DNA of 60,929 bases, filler included. It is 4 parts of 4 records of this genome, joined end to end, with 100 filler letters (N's around TTAATTAATTAA, not from the genome) between each part and the next. Parts side by side here need not be neighbours in the genome. Positions count along the whole stretch, not along the records: positions 47,028 to 60,929 come from SRR31156797_1597; 3 more parts are not named here. The stretch is one strand, 5' to 3'. Positions 49,339-59,033 of this stretch are shown piece after piece. Under the pieces are notes generated by a model, which was given only the letters and a program-made list of their open reading frames with translations, did not search any database and was not told the DNA's origin. The stretch's first letter is position 1, and each line of letters opens with the position of its first letter. Both the position numbers and the translations under genes were made by a program.

Positions 49339-51069
49339 ATGAATAGTGATTCAAGGCTGCTCCCGCCGGGAGACCTTCGAAAAGCCGGAACCGCCGGAGT
49401 CCTGACGGTTTTCAGCGTGATCTGCGGAATGGTTCCGTTTCTGTTTGCGATCGATATGATTGAGGCCCTGGGGAATTCGGTCCCCGTTTCCCGCCTGATG
49501 GGGCATATCGGGTGGATCGGAATTTTCGTTCTGCTCAAGGTCGTTTTCAACGGCGCGGGAACGGTTCTTTCCCACCGCATCGCCTACAGCTCGCTGGCGG
49601 ATATCCGGCAAAGGATCATCGCCCATCTCAAGACCCTGTCCATCGGCGATCTCAAGGGGATCAAGAACGGTGAACTTGTACAGGTGCTGAACCATGAGGT
49701 GGAACAGGTTGAGCTCTTTCTGGCCCATGCCCTTCCCGAGCTTATGGTCGCCCTGTCGGTTCCCCTCGTCTGTCTGGGCGTACTCTTTACCCTGAAGCTT
49801 GAGCTGGTCCTGATCCTTGCGGCCGTCATTCCCGCGCTGCTGCTCTACCTGTGCTGGTTCCACAGAGCCTTTTATTCAGATTTCGGAGTCTATGCCGAGA
49901 AGTCCGCCCGCATGGGCAGCGATCTTCTGGAGTATATCAACGGGATCCGGGTGGTAAAGGCCTTCAACAGAGATGAATCCTATACGGATAAACTGCTCCT
50001 GAGAATGGAGGAATATATTCAGTGGGTGGGGAAGATGACCGCCCGCATGACCTTGCCGGGATTCGTCCAGAGCCTGGTGATCGGCACAGGAAGCCTGGCG
50101 GTTATCTGTACGGGGAGCTTCCTGCTGGCATCGGGTGAGCTTTCGGTCAGATCCTTTATCGTTGCCGTCGTGTTCAGCGCTTTTTTCTCCGATGCCATCG
50201 CCAGCCTGATGACCTACACCCATAAGATCATGATCTACGGGCAGTCCAGGAAGAACATCCTCAGACTGCTAAGCCTTGCTCCCGGGGCGGCTCCGGGGGA
50301 AGAAGAGCTTGATGCGGGGGGGGAGATCCGCTTTCGTGACCTCTCTTTTCGTTACGACAGCGGACGGGGCGTGGAGGGGATCGACCTCACGATCCCCGAG
50401 GGCTCTACCACCGCTGTGATCGGTCCCTCGGGCTCAGGAAAGTCAACCCTGGCCCATCTGATCGCCGGCCTGGCGAAAGGCTACTCGGGCTCACTCTCCA
50501 TCGGAGGCTCCCAGATCAGCCGGATAAAGGACGAATCCCTTTCTGCCATGGTCGCCCTGGTTCAGCAGGATGTGTTTCTGTTCAACACATCCATAAGGGA
50601 GAATATAGGACTGGGAGATCCCGGGGCAGACGACGGACAGATCGAGGACGCGGCGCGGAGAGCGAGGATCCATGGCTTTATAGCCGGACTTCCCGAAGGC
50701 TATCATACTCTGGCGGGGGAGAAGGGCGTGCGTTTCTCGGGAGGCGAGAAACAGAGGATCTCCATCGCCCGCATGCTGCTCAAGGACGCTCCCGTCGTCA
50801 TATTCGATGAAGCGACCTCGGCCGTTGATCCGGGGAACGAGGCCCTGATCGGAGAGGGGATCAAGGCTCTCTCCCGGGGGAGAACGGTTATCGTCATTGC
50901 CCACAACATGGATATGGTGAGAACGGCGGATCAGATCGTTCTTATGAAAGAAGGGAGGATCGAGGCCGTCGGCAGTCATGAGCGGCTGATGGAGGAGAGT
51001 CCTCTGTATCAGGAGATGGTGAGATCCCAGCGGGATGCGGATCAGTGGATGATCAGGGAGGGAGCATGA
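49339..51069 (+). CDS. ABC transporter fused permease/ATPase (IrtA/YbtP-like half)
   Basis: TM domain with SHRIAY, GPSGSGKS, FSGGEKQR and DEATS. Confidence 0.92.
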   Translation: MNSDSRLLPPGDLRKAGTAGVLTVFSVICGMVPFLFAIDMIEALGNSVPVSRLMGHIGWIGIFVLLKVVFNGAGTVLSHRIAYSSLADIRQRIIAHLKTLSIGDLKGIKNGELVQVLNHEVEQVELFLAHALPELMVALSVPLVCLGVLFTLKLELVLILAAVIPALLLYLCWFHRAFYSDFGVYAEKSARMGSDLLEYINGIRVVKAFNRDESYTDKLLLRMEEYIQWVGKMTARMTLPGFVQSLVIGTGSLAVICTGSFLLASGELSVRSFIVAVVFSAFFSDAIASLMTYTHKIMIYGQSRKNILRLLSLAPGAAPGEEELDAGGEIRFRDLSFRYDSGRGVEGIDLTIPEGSTTAVIGPSGSGKSTLAHLIAGLAKGYSGSLSIGGSQISRIKDESLSAMVALVQQDVFLFNTSIRENIGLGDPGADDGQIEDAARRARIHGFIAGLPEGYHTLAGEKGVRFSGGEKQRISIARMLLKDAPVVIFDEATSAVDPGNEALIGEGIKALSRGRTVIVIAHNMDMVRTADQIVLMKEGRIEAVGSHERLMEESPLYQEMVRSQRDADQWMIREGA

Positions 51070-52829
51070 GCGAGTCGGCTGGAAAACAGATATTCAGGGA
51101 TATGAGCGGAAAGGAGAAAGGTATGACCGTACTGGCCTCCCTGATGTTCACCCTGAGCACATTGGCGGGCTGCGGGACCATCGCGGTTGCCCTGAGCCTT
51201 GTACAGCGGATGAAAGAGGGAAGGTTCGCGACAGGGGATCTCCTGCCCTTCTGGGGCCTTCTGGCGGGGCTTCTGGTTCTTAAGGCGGCGGGTGAGGCCG
51301 GGGGGGATCTGATAAAGCACTACCTCGGCTTTACGATCGTCAAGCGGATCAGACAGGCTGTGGCCCTCAGGCTGAAGGGCTTCTCCCTGGGTTTTTTCAA
51401 CTCCGAACGTCTGGGAGAGATCAGCACGATCGTCCACAAGGATGTGGATGCCATGGAGGGCGTTGTGGCCCATATCTGGACCAGAATGTACGCCGGTGCG
51501 GCGGTCTCTTTGATCCTGGGTACCATTCTCTTTATTGTCAACTGGAAGATGGGGCTGGCGATGTTCGTTCCCGTTCCCCTGGCGCTGCTCGCCCTGTGGG
51601 GAGGGACAAAGAAAAACGCGAGGCTTTACAAGGCCAATCGAAACCTTATGGTGGATATGGTGAGTCGTTTTCTGGAATATGCCCGGGGATTGGCGCTGCT
51701 CAAGTCCTTTCAGGCGGATCACAGCTTCGAGGATCGTCTGGACCGGGCGGTTCTGGATTACAAAAAAAGCAGTACCGGCCTGGCGTACTCGCTTACCCTG
51801 ATCTCGGGAAGTTTCCGTCTCATTCTGGAAGCGGGTCTGTTTCTGATCGCGTTTTACGGTCTCGCTCTTATCCGCGAGGGGAGTTTGTCTCTCCCCGGGT
51901 ACCTGATGTTTATCGTATTCTGCGTTGAATTCTATAAACCCTTTTTCAAGGCCGAAGAGTACTGGATCCACTATATAAGCGTACGGGACAGTTACCGCCG
52001 CATCCTGAAGATCACCGATCATCCTGTCATGAAGGACGAGGGTACGCTCTCCCTGAGCTCGGATACAAGCCTGGCCTTCCAACAGGTCGGATTCCGGTAC
52101 GGGGAAGAGGAATTCGGGCTGAGGGATGTGGATTTCAGCGTACCCCGTGGAACGATGACCGCCCTGGTAGGACCGTCGGGGGCCGGGAAATCGACCGTTA
52201 CGGACCTGCTCCTCCGGTTTTACGATCCCGAAGAAGGACGCATTGCCATCGGGGGCCGGGATATCCGCTCCATCCCCTATGATGACCTTCTGGAGAATAT
52301 CAGCGTCGTGATGCAGGACGTGGACCTTTTCTCCGGGACCATCTATGAAAACCTGATGGTCGCCGACAGGCATGCCACTCCCCGGATGGTGGAGGCCGCC
52401 GCCCGGAAGGCCATGATTCATGATTTTATCAGCGCTCTGCCGGATGGGTACGATACCCTGCTGGGAGAGGGCGGTCTGGGGCTGTCGGGAGGTCAGCGAC
52501 AGCGTTTGAGCATTGCCCGGGCGATCCTGAAGGATGCGGACATCATCATCCTGGATGAGGCTACCAGCAGCGTCGACCCCCTGAATGAGAGGATGATCCA
52601 GAAGGCCATCTCCAATCTGGCGAAGGACAGAACCCTGCTGGTGGTGGCCCATCATCTCCATACCATCAGGAATGCCGATCAGATCGTGGTTCTGGAGGAG
52701 GGGAGAGTCACCGGGAAGGGACGCCATCCGGAGCTGTTGGAGAGTCATGAGCTTTACAGGGGCCTCTGGCGTGCCCAGGCGGATACCCTGATCGGCACAG
52801 AGCCGGGGAAGCTTCCCCTGCCTGTCTAG
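51066..52829 (+). CDS. ABC transporter fused permease/ATPase (IrtB/YbtQ-like half)
   Basis: TM domain, GPSGAGKS, LSGGQRQR and DEATSSVDP. ATGA overlap with its partner. Confidence 0.92.
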   Translation: MSESAGKQIFRDMSGKEKGMTVLASLMFTLSTLAGCGTIAVALSLVQRMKEGRFATGDLLPFWGLLAGLLVLKAAGEAGGDLIKHYLGFTIVKRIRQAVALRLKGFSLGFFNSERLGEISTIVHKDVDAMEGVVAHIWTRMYAGAAVSLILGTILFIVNWKMGLAMFVPVPLALLALWGGTKKNARLYKANRNLMVDMVSRFLEYARGLALLKSFQADHSFEDRLDRAVLDYKKSSTGLAYSLTLISGSFRLILEAGLFLIAFYGLALIREGSLSLPGYLMFIVFCVEFYKPFFKAEEYWIHYISVRDSYRRILKITDHPVMKDEGTLSLSSDTSLAFQQVGFRYGEEEFGLRDVDFSVPRGTMTALVGPSGAGKSTVTDLLLRFYDPEEGRIAIGGRDIRSIPYDDLLENISVVMQDVDLFSGTIYENLMVADRHATPRMVEAAARKAMIHDFISALPDGYDTLLGEGGLGLSGGQRQRLSIARAILKDADIIILDEATSSVDPLNERMIQKAISNLAKDRTLLVVAHHLHTIRNADQIVVLEEGRVTGKGRHPELLESHELYRGLWRAQADTLIGTEPGKLPLPV

Positions 52830-52922
52830 CGTCAGACCGCTTCGTCCGGCTCCCCTCAGGGGATCCGGAGCTGCGGGAGAAACCGGACAGAGCTCCGGCG
52901 GATGCCCCGGGTCCGGGGTGTT

Positions 52923-53570
52923 TCAGCTCATGGAGAAACCGGCCAGACCGTGATCGTTCTTATAGTCTGAAAGGAACTCCTGATAGAGGGTTTTCCAGGT
53001 TCGGGTGTCGAAGGCTCCGTCCCTGGGATTCCTGATGCCGGCTATCCTGCATTCCGCTCCCCCCGGGTTGAGTATCCAGGTTCTCATCTTCTCCCTGCCG
53101 TCGCTGTATGTTTTGCCCGTGATCCCTCCCAGGGTCGGCATATGGTTGAAGATCTCTTCTCCCGCCATTACGACGATCTGGGGCTGGAGGCTGAAGAGAA
53201 GCTCCTTGAATACTTCCTGTCCCTCCTTCCACATCTGCTTGCTCGGAGGGGTATAGCCGTCGCTGAGGATGGCCTGAATAAACTGATGGAAGCAGAGGCT
53301 GTTCCAGAACTTCTTACGGTCCAGGCTCATGCCGCCTCCCAGCCCGCTCTTCCAGTGCCGCCCTTCCGCCAGGGTCAGCTCGAGGGTCGTGAAGAAGGTA
53401 TCCTTGGCCCGGCCCTTTATAAGATCGGTGACATAGCTGTTTATAGCCTTGTCCCTGTACCGGGCATCGTAGTAGCTTCTGCCGACCACAAGCAGTTTGA
53501 CGTTCTCCCTTGAACCGTACTGAGAACCGATCCAGGGAGGATAGTTGAAGTTGAACTCCCTATTTTTCAT
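52923..53570 (-). CDS. hypothetical protein, possible uracil-DNA-glycosylase-like fold
   Basis: PWIG..Y...LLVVG.SYY, FW....F.QF.Q and L.P..VV..G pattern. GGAG RBS. Confidence 0.55.
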   Translation of the reverse strand: MKNREFNFNYPPWIGSQYGSRENVKLLVVGRSYYDARYRDKAINSYVTDLIKGRAKDTFFTTLELTLAEGRHWKSGLGGGMSLDRKKFWNSLCFHQFIQAILSDGYTPPSKQMWKEGQEVFKELLFSLQPQIVVMAGEEIFNHMPTLGGITGKTYSDGREKMRTWILNPGGAECRIAGIRNPRDGAFDTRTWKTLYQEFLSDYKNDHGLAGFSMS

Positions 53571-53594
53571 GTCTCTCCACTACCGGGATTCGGA

Positions 53595-53999
53595 TCAGCG
53601 TTCCTCTCCGATAAGCCAGAGAGAGAGCAGTATGACGAGCTGCGGCGTCAGGATGCCCAGCCAGCGCAGGAAGTCGGGTTCCATAAAGTTGGAAAGGAAA
53701 TACTGCAGGATGATATTGACCAGCCAGAAGACGCAGATGATCAGATGGATGATCCGGAACAGGCCGTCGAAGATGGACGTGAACAGATCCACAATCAGAA
53801 CGATGCCGGCGGCCAGCTGGGCAATGCCGAATATGATGGGGAAGAGATTGCCCGACTTCCCCAGCATCTTGTTTAGCCCTCTTACGGCCTCCTGTCCGGC
53901 GGAGTTGTATCCGTTTATAGCCATGATTCCGAAAACGATCAATGCGATTCCCAGCACCAGCTGCAGAAGATAGCGGGTTCCGAAGTCCTTAGCTGTCAT
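53595..53999 (-). CDS. small 4-TM membrane protein
   Basis: Four hydrophobic segments and a GGGGAG RBS. Confidence 0.75.
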   Translation of the reverse strand: MTAKDFGTRYLLQLVLGIALIVFGIMAINGYNSAGQEAVRGLNKMLGKSGNLFPIIFGIAQLAAGIVLIVDLFTSIFDGLFRIIHLIICVFWLVNIILQYFLSNFMEPDFLRWLGILTPQLVILLSLWLIGEER

Positions 54000-54149
54000 T
54001 TCGCTCCCCCTTTCTGATACGATTTCAATTCAAATTGTACTCTAATAGTTTACTTATGGCAAAAAGAAATTCCCCTTTGCGGTTCTCAATCCCCCGGTTT
54101 TAGTGGACTGTCCCTTCTCTCCTTCTTATATTGTAGGTGGAGGTATCTT

Positions 54150-54764
54150 GTGGCAGACAGAAAAATAAAAACGGGCTGGATCGTACTGGCCGTTATCGTT
54201 GTCCTTATTCTTATGGTTTTTTCATCCTTCAGAGGGACCTACAACAGAATGGTCGCCCTGGACGAGGGGGTGCGCGGTTCCTGGAGCCAGGTGGAGAACG
54301 TCTACCAGAGGCGGATGGACCTGATCCCCAATCTGGTCAATACGGTCAAGGCCTACGCGTCCCATGAGAGGGAGACCCTGGCGGCTGTCACCGAGGCCCG
54401 CTCCCGTCTGGGCGGAACCGTACAGGTCTCGGATGAGGTCCTGAACAACCCCGAGAGCTTTCGGCGTTTCCAACAGGCCCAGAGCGAGCTGGGAAGCGCC
54501 CTGCAGCGGCTGATGGTGGTTTCCGAGAACTACCCCCAGCTCAAGGCGGATCAGAATTTCCTGGCCCTCCAGGATCAGCTTGAGGGAACGGAGAACCGCA
54601 TCGCCGTGGAGCGCAAGCGCTTCAACGAGGCCGTTCAGAGCTACAATCTCTACATCCGCCAGTTCCCCCGGGTGATCATAGCCAATATGACGGGATTCCG
54701 AGAGAAGGCCTACTTCCAGGCCTCCGCGGGAGCCGAACAGGCGCCCGATGTGTCCTTCGATTAG
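54150..54764 (+). CDS. lemA: LemA family protein
   Basis: N-terminal TM, YQRR.DLIPNLV.TVK, ENYPQLKA.QNF..LQ.QLEGTENRI. Confidence 0.95.
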   Translation: MADRKIKTGWIVLAVIVVLILMVFSSFRGTYNRMVALDEGVRGSWSQVENVYQRRMDLIPNLVNTVKAYASHERETLAAVTEARSRLGGTVQVSDEVLNNPESFRRFQQAQSELGSALQRLMVVSENYPQLKADQNFLALQDQLEGTENRIAVERKRFNEAVQSYNLYIRQFPRVIIANMTGFREKAYFQASAGAEQAPDVSFD

Positions 54765-54776
54765 GGAGAGGCTCAT

Positions 54777-55451
54777 ATGAAAAAAGCATGGTTCAGCGAG
54801 CAGGAACGGGAGGCCGTGGCGGAAGCGGTCCGCGAGGCCGAGTCGAAAACCTCGGGGGAGATCAGCACGGCCCTGATCGCCGAGAGTTCGGATTACGCCT
54901 TTTACGAACTGAGAGCCGCCGCGGGCTTCGGCATCCTCCTCTATATGATTTTTCTCTTCTTCTATGAAGGGACGGCCGCCTTCGTATCGTCCCTTAGCTG
55001 GAACAGCCCTCCCTGGCAGATCCCTCTGTTTATGGGAATCCTCTCCCTTCTGGGAGGCGGGCTCTTCTACTTCTTCAGCAACATCCCCGCAGTGGACCGG
55101 ATCATCGTTCCCCGCAGGGTGATGGAGAAACGGGTGCGGGCCAGAGCCCTGCGCCATTTCAGCGAGTCCGGGGTCTATGCCACCGCCGGAGGAACGGGAA
55201 TCCTGATCTTCATCTCTCTTTTGGAGAGACGGGTGGAGCTGGTCGCCGACAGGGGGATCAGCGAAAAGATCAGCGGCGAGGAGTGGAACGGTATCGTGGG
55301 AGAGCTGACCGCCTCCATCGGCAGGAATGAGGCGGCCTCCGGTCTGGCCCGGGCCGTCGGGCGCTGCGGCGATCTGCTGAAAGAGCATTTTCCCATAGCC
55401 GATGACGATGTGAACGAGCTCAGCGACGCTCTTGTGATCCTGGAGGAGTAG
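54777..55451 (+). CDS. TPM domain membrane protein
   Basis: AESKTSGEI, GILIFISL.ERRVE..ADRGI and NELSD. Confidence 0.88.
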   Translation: MKKAWFSEQEREAVAEAVREAESKTSGEISTALIAESSDYAFYELRAAAGFGILLYMIFLFFYEGTAAFVSSLSWNSPPWQIPLFMGILSLLGGGLFYFFSNIPAVDRIIVPRRVMEKRVRARALRHFSESGVYATAGGTGILIFISLLERRVELVADRGISEKISGEEWNGIVGELTASIGRNEAASGLARAVGRCGDLLKEHFPIADDDVNELSDALVILEE

Positions 55452-55452
55452 C

Positions 55453-56232
55453 ATGAAAAAACGATATACGGTCCTCGCCCTTCTTCTTGCCCTGCTGGTC
55501 TCCTCCCTCTCCGCCCTGGAGGTCCCCGCCCTGAGGGGACGGATCAACGACGGAGCCGGCGTCTTCAGCTCGTCCGAAATCCGGGCTCTTGAGCAGAAGC
55601 TGGCCTCCCTGGAGGCCTCCGGTGCCGCTCAGATGGCAGTGTTAACGGTGAAGAGTCTGGAAGGAGACAGCCTTGAGGAATTCTCGATCAGGACGGTGGA
55701 GGAGTGGAAGCTCGGGGACGAGGGGAAAGACAACGGCGTTCTTCTTCTCCTGGCTCTGGAGGAGAGAAAGGTCCGCCTCGAGGTCGGTTACGGCCTGGAA
55801 GGGGATCTGACCGATGCGAAAAGCGGTTACATCATCCGCGAGATCATCATCCCCCACTTTTCCAAGGGAGACTATGGTTCAGGTATGGCCGCCGGAATTG
55901 AAGCGGTAGCCTCGGTCGCGGGAGGGGATACCTCCCTCGTGCCGGCTTCGCCCGCGTCCTCTTCCCGCAGGCGGAGCTCACGGAGCTCGGCGCCTGTCAA
56001 TTTCCTCGTGATCCTGTTTATCATCTTCTTTAATTCCTTCGGACGCATGGGGCGCAGAAGGGGCGGGGGGCTTTTCAGCTTCCTTATGCTGAACTCCCTG
56101 CTCGGCGGCTCCCGTCACAGGGGCGGCTGGTCCTCCGGCGGATTCGGCGGCGGAGGAGGATTCGGAAGCGGCGGCGGATTCGGCGGAGGAGGCGGCGGCT
56201 TCGGAGGCGGAGGCGCTTCGGGAGGCTGGTAG
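55453..56232 (+). CDS. TPM domain protein (YgcG-like) with Gly-rich tail
   Basis: Signal peptide, WKLG...DNGVLLL, EVGYGLEG.LTD and GGGGGFGGGGASGGW. Confidence 0.92.
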   Translation: MKKRYTVLALLLALLVSSLSALEVPALRGRINDGAGVFSSSEIRALEQKLASLEASGAAQMAVLTVKSLEGDSLEEFSIRTVEEWKLGDEGKDNGVLLLLALEERKVRLEVGYGLEGDLTDAKSGYIIREIIIPHFSKGDYGSGMAAGIEAVASVAGGDTSLVPASPASSSRRRSSRSSAPVNFLVILFIIFFNSFGRMGRRRGGGLFSFLMLNSLLGGSRHRGGWSSGGFGGGGGFGSGGGFGGGGGGFGGGGASGGW

Positions 56233-56275
56233 TCCCCTTCTGATTATGGCGTGCCGCGGATACCGGACGGTCCGG

Positions 56276-56716
56276 TCAGTCGGGCTCCCAGCCCTCTTCG
56301 CTGTAGTGCACGCCCTTGAGGATACGCTCCAGGGTTCTTCTGATATAGGGGATGGTGTTACCGGGCAGAGCGCCCAGGGGGAACCAGGAGAGGTCGGCGC
56401 ACTTCTCCGGCTCGAGGTTGGCCGGCTCGCCCTCCCAGCGGGAGGCGGTGAAAAACACATCCACCCTGACCGCGTCGTCCGAATTGCGGTGCATCGTATG
56501 GGCGGCTTTTATATCCTCATGCCTGAGGATGAGGCCGCTCTCCTCCCGGGCCTCCCGGATCACCGCCTGAGAGAAGGACTCCCTGTCCTCCACATGGCCG
56601 GCGATGAAGCCGTACTCCCCGTCATGAAAACCCGTGTTTTTCCTTTTCAACAGCAGAACCCGACCGTCCCGGATGGGTACGAGATAGGCCGCCGGCACGT
56701 TGCTGGAGCGGCTCAA
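56276..56716 (-). CDS. NUDIX hydrolase
   Basis: Nudix box GHVE..ES...A..REAREESG and N.EP.KC. TTG start overlaps the upstream stop. Confidence 0.88.
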   Translation of the reverse strand: MSRSSNVPAAYLVPIRDGRVLLLKRKNTGFHDGEYGFIAGHVEDRESFSQAVIREAREESGLILRHEDIKAAHTMHRNSDDAVRVDVFFTASRWEGEPANLEPEKCADLSWFPLGALPGNTIPYIRRTLERILKGVHYSEEGWEPD

Positions 56717-57273
56717 AACAGCACCATCCCCAGGACGGCACCCAGAACCACAAAGACCACGGGATGCCAGTTCCACTTGATGTGGGCGGCTCCCAGGGCA
56801 GCGAAAATGCCCAGGCGGACGGGATCGAACATGTCAGAAATCTCTTTTGTCTCCGCATAGCGGGCCAGGGGGAGGACCGCCACTCCCAGAACCTTCCAGG
56901 CGGCGGTGGCGATCAGTCCCGTTACCGCGGGCCTCAGCCCCGAGAAAGCCGCCTGCACCAGGGGCTTTTCGTTGAAGTGGAGGAACCAGCGGGCCACGAT
57001 CATGATGATGATCAGGGAGGGGGTGACCATCCCCAGGGTGGCGACGAGAGAGCCCCACCAGCCCGCGTTCTGCCAGCCTACGTAGGTGGCCATATTGATG
57101 CCGATGGGACCGGGGGTCGATTCGGAGACCGCCACCATTTGGAAGAAGGTCTCCATGGGGAACCAGCCCTGCCTCAGGGCTTCCGTCTGGAGCAGGGGCA
57201 GGGCGGCCAGCCCCCCGCCTATGGTGAACAGGCCGACCTTGAAGAAGGTCAGGTAGAGGGAGATCAGACTCAT
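56713..57273 (-). CDS. chrA: short-chain chromate transporter
   Basis: FFKVGLFTIGGG, SESTPGPIGIN.AT and GLRP. Confidence 0.9.
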   Translation of the reverse strand: MSLISLYLTFFKVGLFTIGGGLAALPLLQTEALRQGWFPMETFFQMVAVSESTPGPIGINMATYVGWQNAGWWGSLVATLGMVTPSLIIIMIVARWFLHFNEKPLVQAAFSGLRPAVTGLIATAAWKVLGVAVLPLARYAETKEISDMFDPVRLGIFAALGAAHIKWNWHPVVFVVLGAVLGMVLF

Positions 57274-57845
57274 GACTTCCTCCCGCTGACCAGAAAGCTC
57301 AGGAGGCCGATCCCGGCGGACGCGAAGACCACGGTGATCGGCGAGAATCCCAGGAATCCCACCGCAAGAAAGGCGGCGGCGCAGAGCAGCCCCGGCAGCA
57401 GGCCGGTTACTGTTTTTCTGGCAAACTTCCTGAGGGATGAGAGCAACAGAACGGCCACGGCGATATTCACGCCCTCCAGGGCCTTCCGGACCAGGGTGAT
57501 CTCGCTGAAGCGGCCCAGGAGGGAGGCGATCAGGGTGATGATGATCAGGGCGGGGGTCACCATCCCCAGTGTGGCGGCCAGGCCTCCTAAGACCCCTCCG
57601 TTTTTATAGCCCACGAAGGTGGCGGTGTTGACGGCGATGATCCCCGGGGTGGACTGGCCGATGGCGTAGTAGTCCAAAAGCTCGTCTTCCGTGGCCCAGT
57701 CCCGCTTCTCCGTAAGCTCCCGTTCCAGTATGGGGAGCATGGCGTAGCCGCCGCCGAAGGTGACGGTGCCAATGCCGGCGAAGGTCAGATAGAGTTCGCC
57801 CCAAAGGGCTTTCCGAGATTTCAAAGATGTCTCCTTTTCCTGCAC
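57270..57845 (-). CDS. chrA: short-chain chromate transporter
   Basis: TFGGGYAMLP and QSTPG.IAVN.ATFVG. Confidence 0.9.
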   Translation of the reverse strand: MQEKETSLKSRKALWGELYLTFAGIGTVTFGGGYAMLPILERELTEKRDWATEDELLDYYAIGQSTPGIIAVNTATFVGYKNGGVLGGLAATLGMVTPALIIITLIASLLGRFSEITLVRKALEGVNIAVAVLLLSSLRKFARKTVTGLLPGLLCAAAFLAVGFLGFSPITVVFASAGIGLLSFLVSGRKS

Positions 57846-57887
57846 CGGATATCCTTGAGGGAGATTCTCCGGGATAGGGTAATCTGT

Positions 57888-58922
57888 CTAGAACAGCTTG
57901 TACTGATAGGCCAGGGCCAGCCGGTGGAACTCCAGATAGCCCGAGTCGTAGTCTCTGTTCATAAAGTAGTTGTAGTGTACCGTGTCTTCCGTATAGCCCC
58001 TCAGGGTTTTGAACTGGAGCAGCACGGTCAGGCTGTGGTCGTCGTCGAACTTGATATTGGCCAGGGGACCGAAGCGCATGCTGACGAAGTCCGAGCCCCA
58101 TCCCCCCTCTTCGTCCATGGGAGAGATATCGGCCGCCGAGCCAATATACTGCTCCGTCTCCAGCATCAGGGCGACCATGTTCACCTTGAGGGGCATCTGA
58201 TAGCCCAGGACGTAGGTGCCCAGGAACTCCCAGCCGTTGAAGTTTTCGCCGGCGTCGGCTTCCCACTGCCAGGGCTCCTTGTCATCGGCGGCGCTGAAAC
58301 TCATATGCCTGAACTTGGCGTTGGCCAGAATCACCGCATGATTCCATTCCCCCGGGTAGAGGGCGGCCAGGTCGAATTGGAAGGTTCCCCCCAGCCATGC
58401 AGCGGTCACCGCGCCGGGAAAGGAGTCCTCCCTGGGATCTCCGTCTTCGTTCAGGCCTATGCCGTTGAATCCCAGGGCGTGCCATCCCGTGCCGATGGAG
58501 AATCCCGCTTCGAAGTTCAGAAAGGCGATCGGGGTCAGGACGGCCTTCGCCTCCGCAGAGGCGATGACGGGAGCCAGGTTGCCCCGGAAGGCGATCTTCA
58601 GGTTATTCCCTTTGGTCAGGGGGCCCGCGCCTGTGAGCACGGGAAGGGTGATGCTGTGGTCTATAAAGGTCTTGAACTCCACCGCTCCGAAACCGTTTCC
58701 AAGGTCCCTGCCCTCATCCCCGGCGGGGAGGGGGTAGCCCTTCGGCAGGTCCTCGGGGGAGTAGTTGGGGAGTTCGAAGCCGTTGTCGCTTTCCGCGCCT
58801 TCATGATCGTCGAAGTAGTAGGCGAACTGGGCTCCCAGCTTGGTTTCATGTTTGATTTCACGGGCCGGCAGCAGGACCGTTACAAGACAGACGAACAATA
58901 GTGCAGCACTTGCTTTTATCAC
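57888..58922 (-). CDS. putative outer-membrane beta-barrel/exported protein
   Basis: Signal peptide, amphipathic strand-like segments and C-terminal LAYQYKLF ending in Phe. Confidence 0.6.
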   Translation of the reverse strand: MIKASAALLFVCLVTVLLPAREIKHETKLGAQFAYYFDDHEGAESDNGFELPNYSPEDLPKGYPLPAGDEGRDLGNGFGAVEFKTFIDHSITLPVLTGAGPLTKGNNLKIAFRGNLAPVIASAEAKAVLTPIAFLNFEAGFSIGTGWHALGFNGIGLNEDGDPREDSFPGAVTAAWLGGTFQFDLAALYPGEWNHAVILANAKFRHMSFSAADDKEPWQWEADAGENFNGWEFLGTYVLGYQMPLKVNMVALMLETEQYIGSAADISPMDEEGGWGSDFVSMRFGPLANIKFDDDHSLTVLLQFKTLRGYTEDTVHYNYFMNRDYDSGYLEFHRLALAYQYKLF

Positions 58923-59033
58923 GGGGTCATCCTTTATTTTACGGTTTGGCTTCGGGCTTCATGATATACCCTTTTGATCCGGGACGCAAATCGCGGCCCG
59001 CCGGGGGGATGGCCGGGCCCCGCTCGCCCGGGA

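Noticed and set aside
51042-52748. 568-aa antisense ORF opposite the second ABC gene
   Set aside because: Shadow ORF of a well-supported GC-rich gene, with no motifs of its own.
54222-55547. 441-aa antisense ORF over lemA/TPM
   Set aside because: Overlaps clear genes on the other strand and is a GC-rich shadow.
56133-56229. GGC-rich tandem repeat
   Set aside because: Encodes the normal Gly-rich tail of YgcG/TPM proteins.
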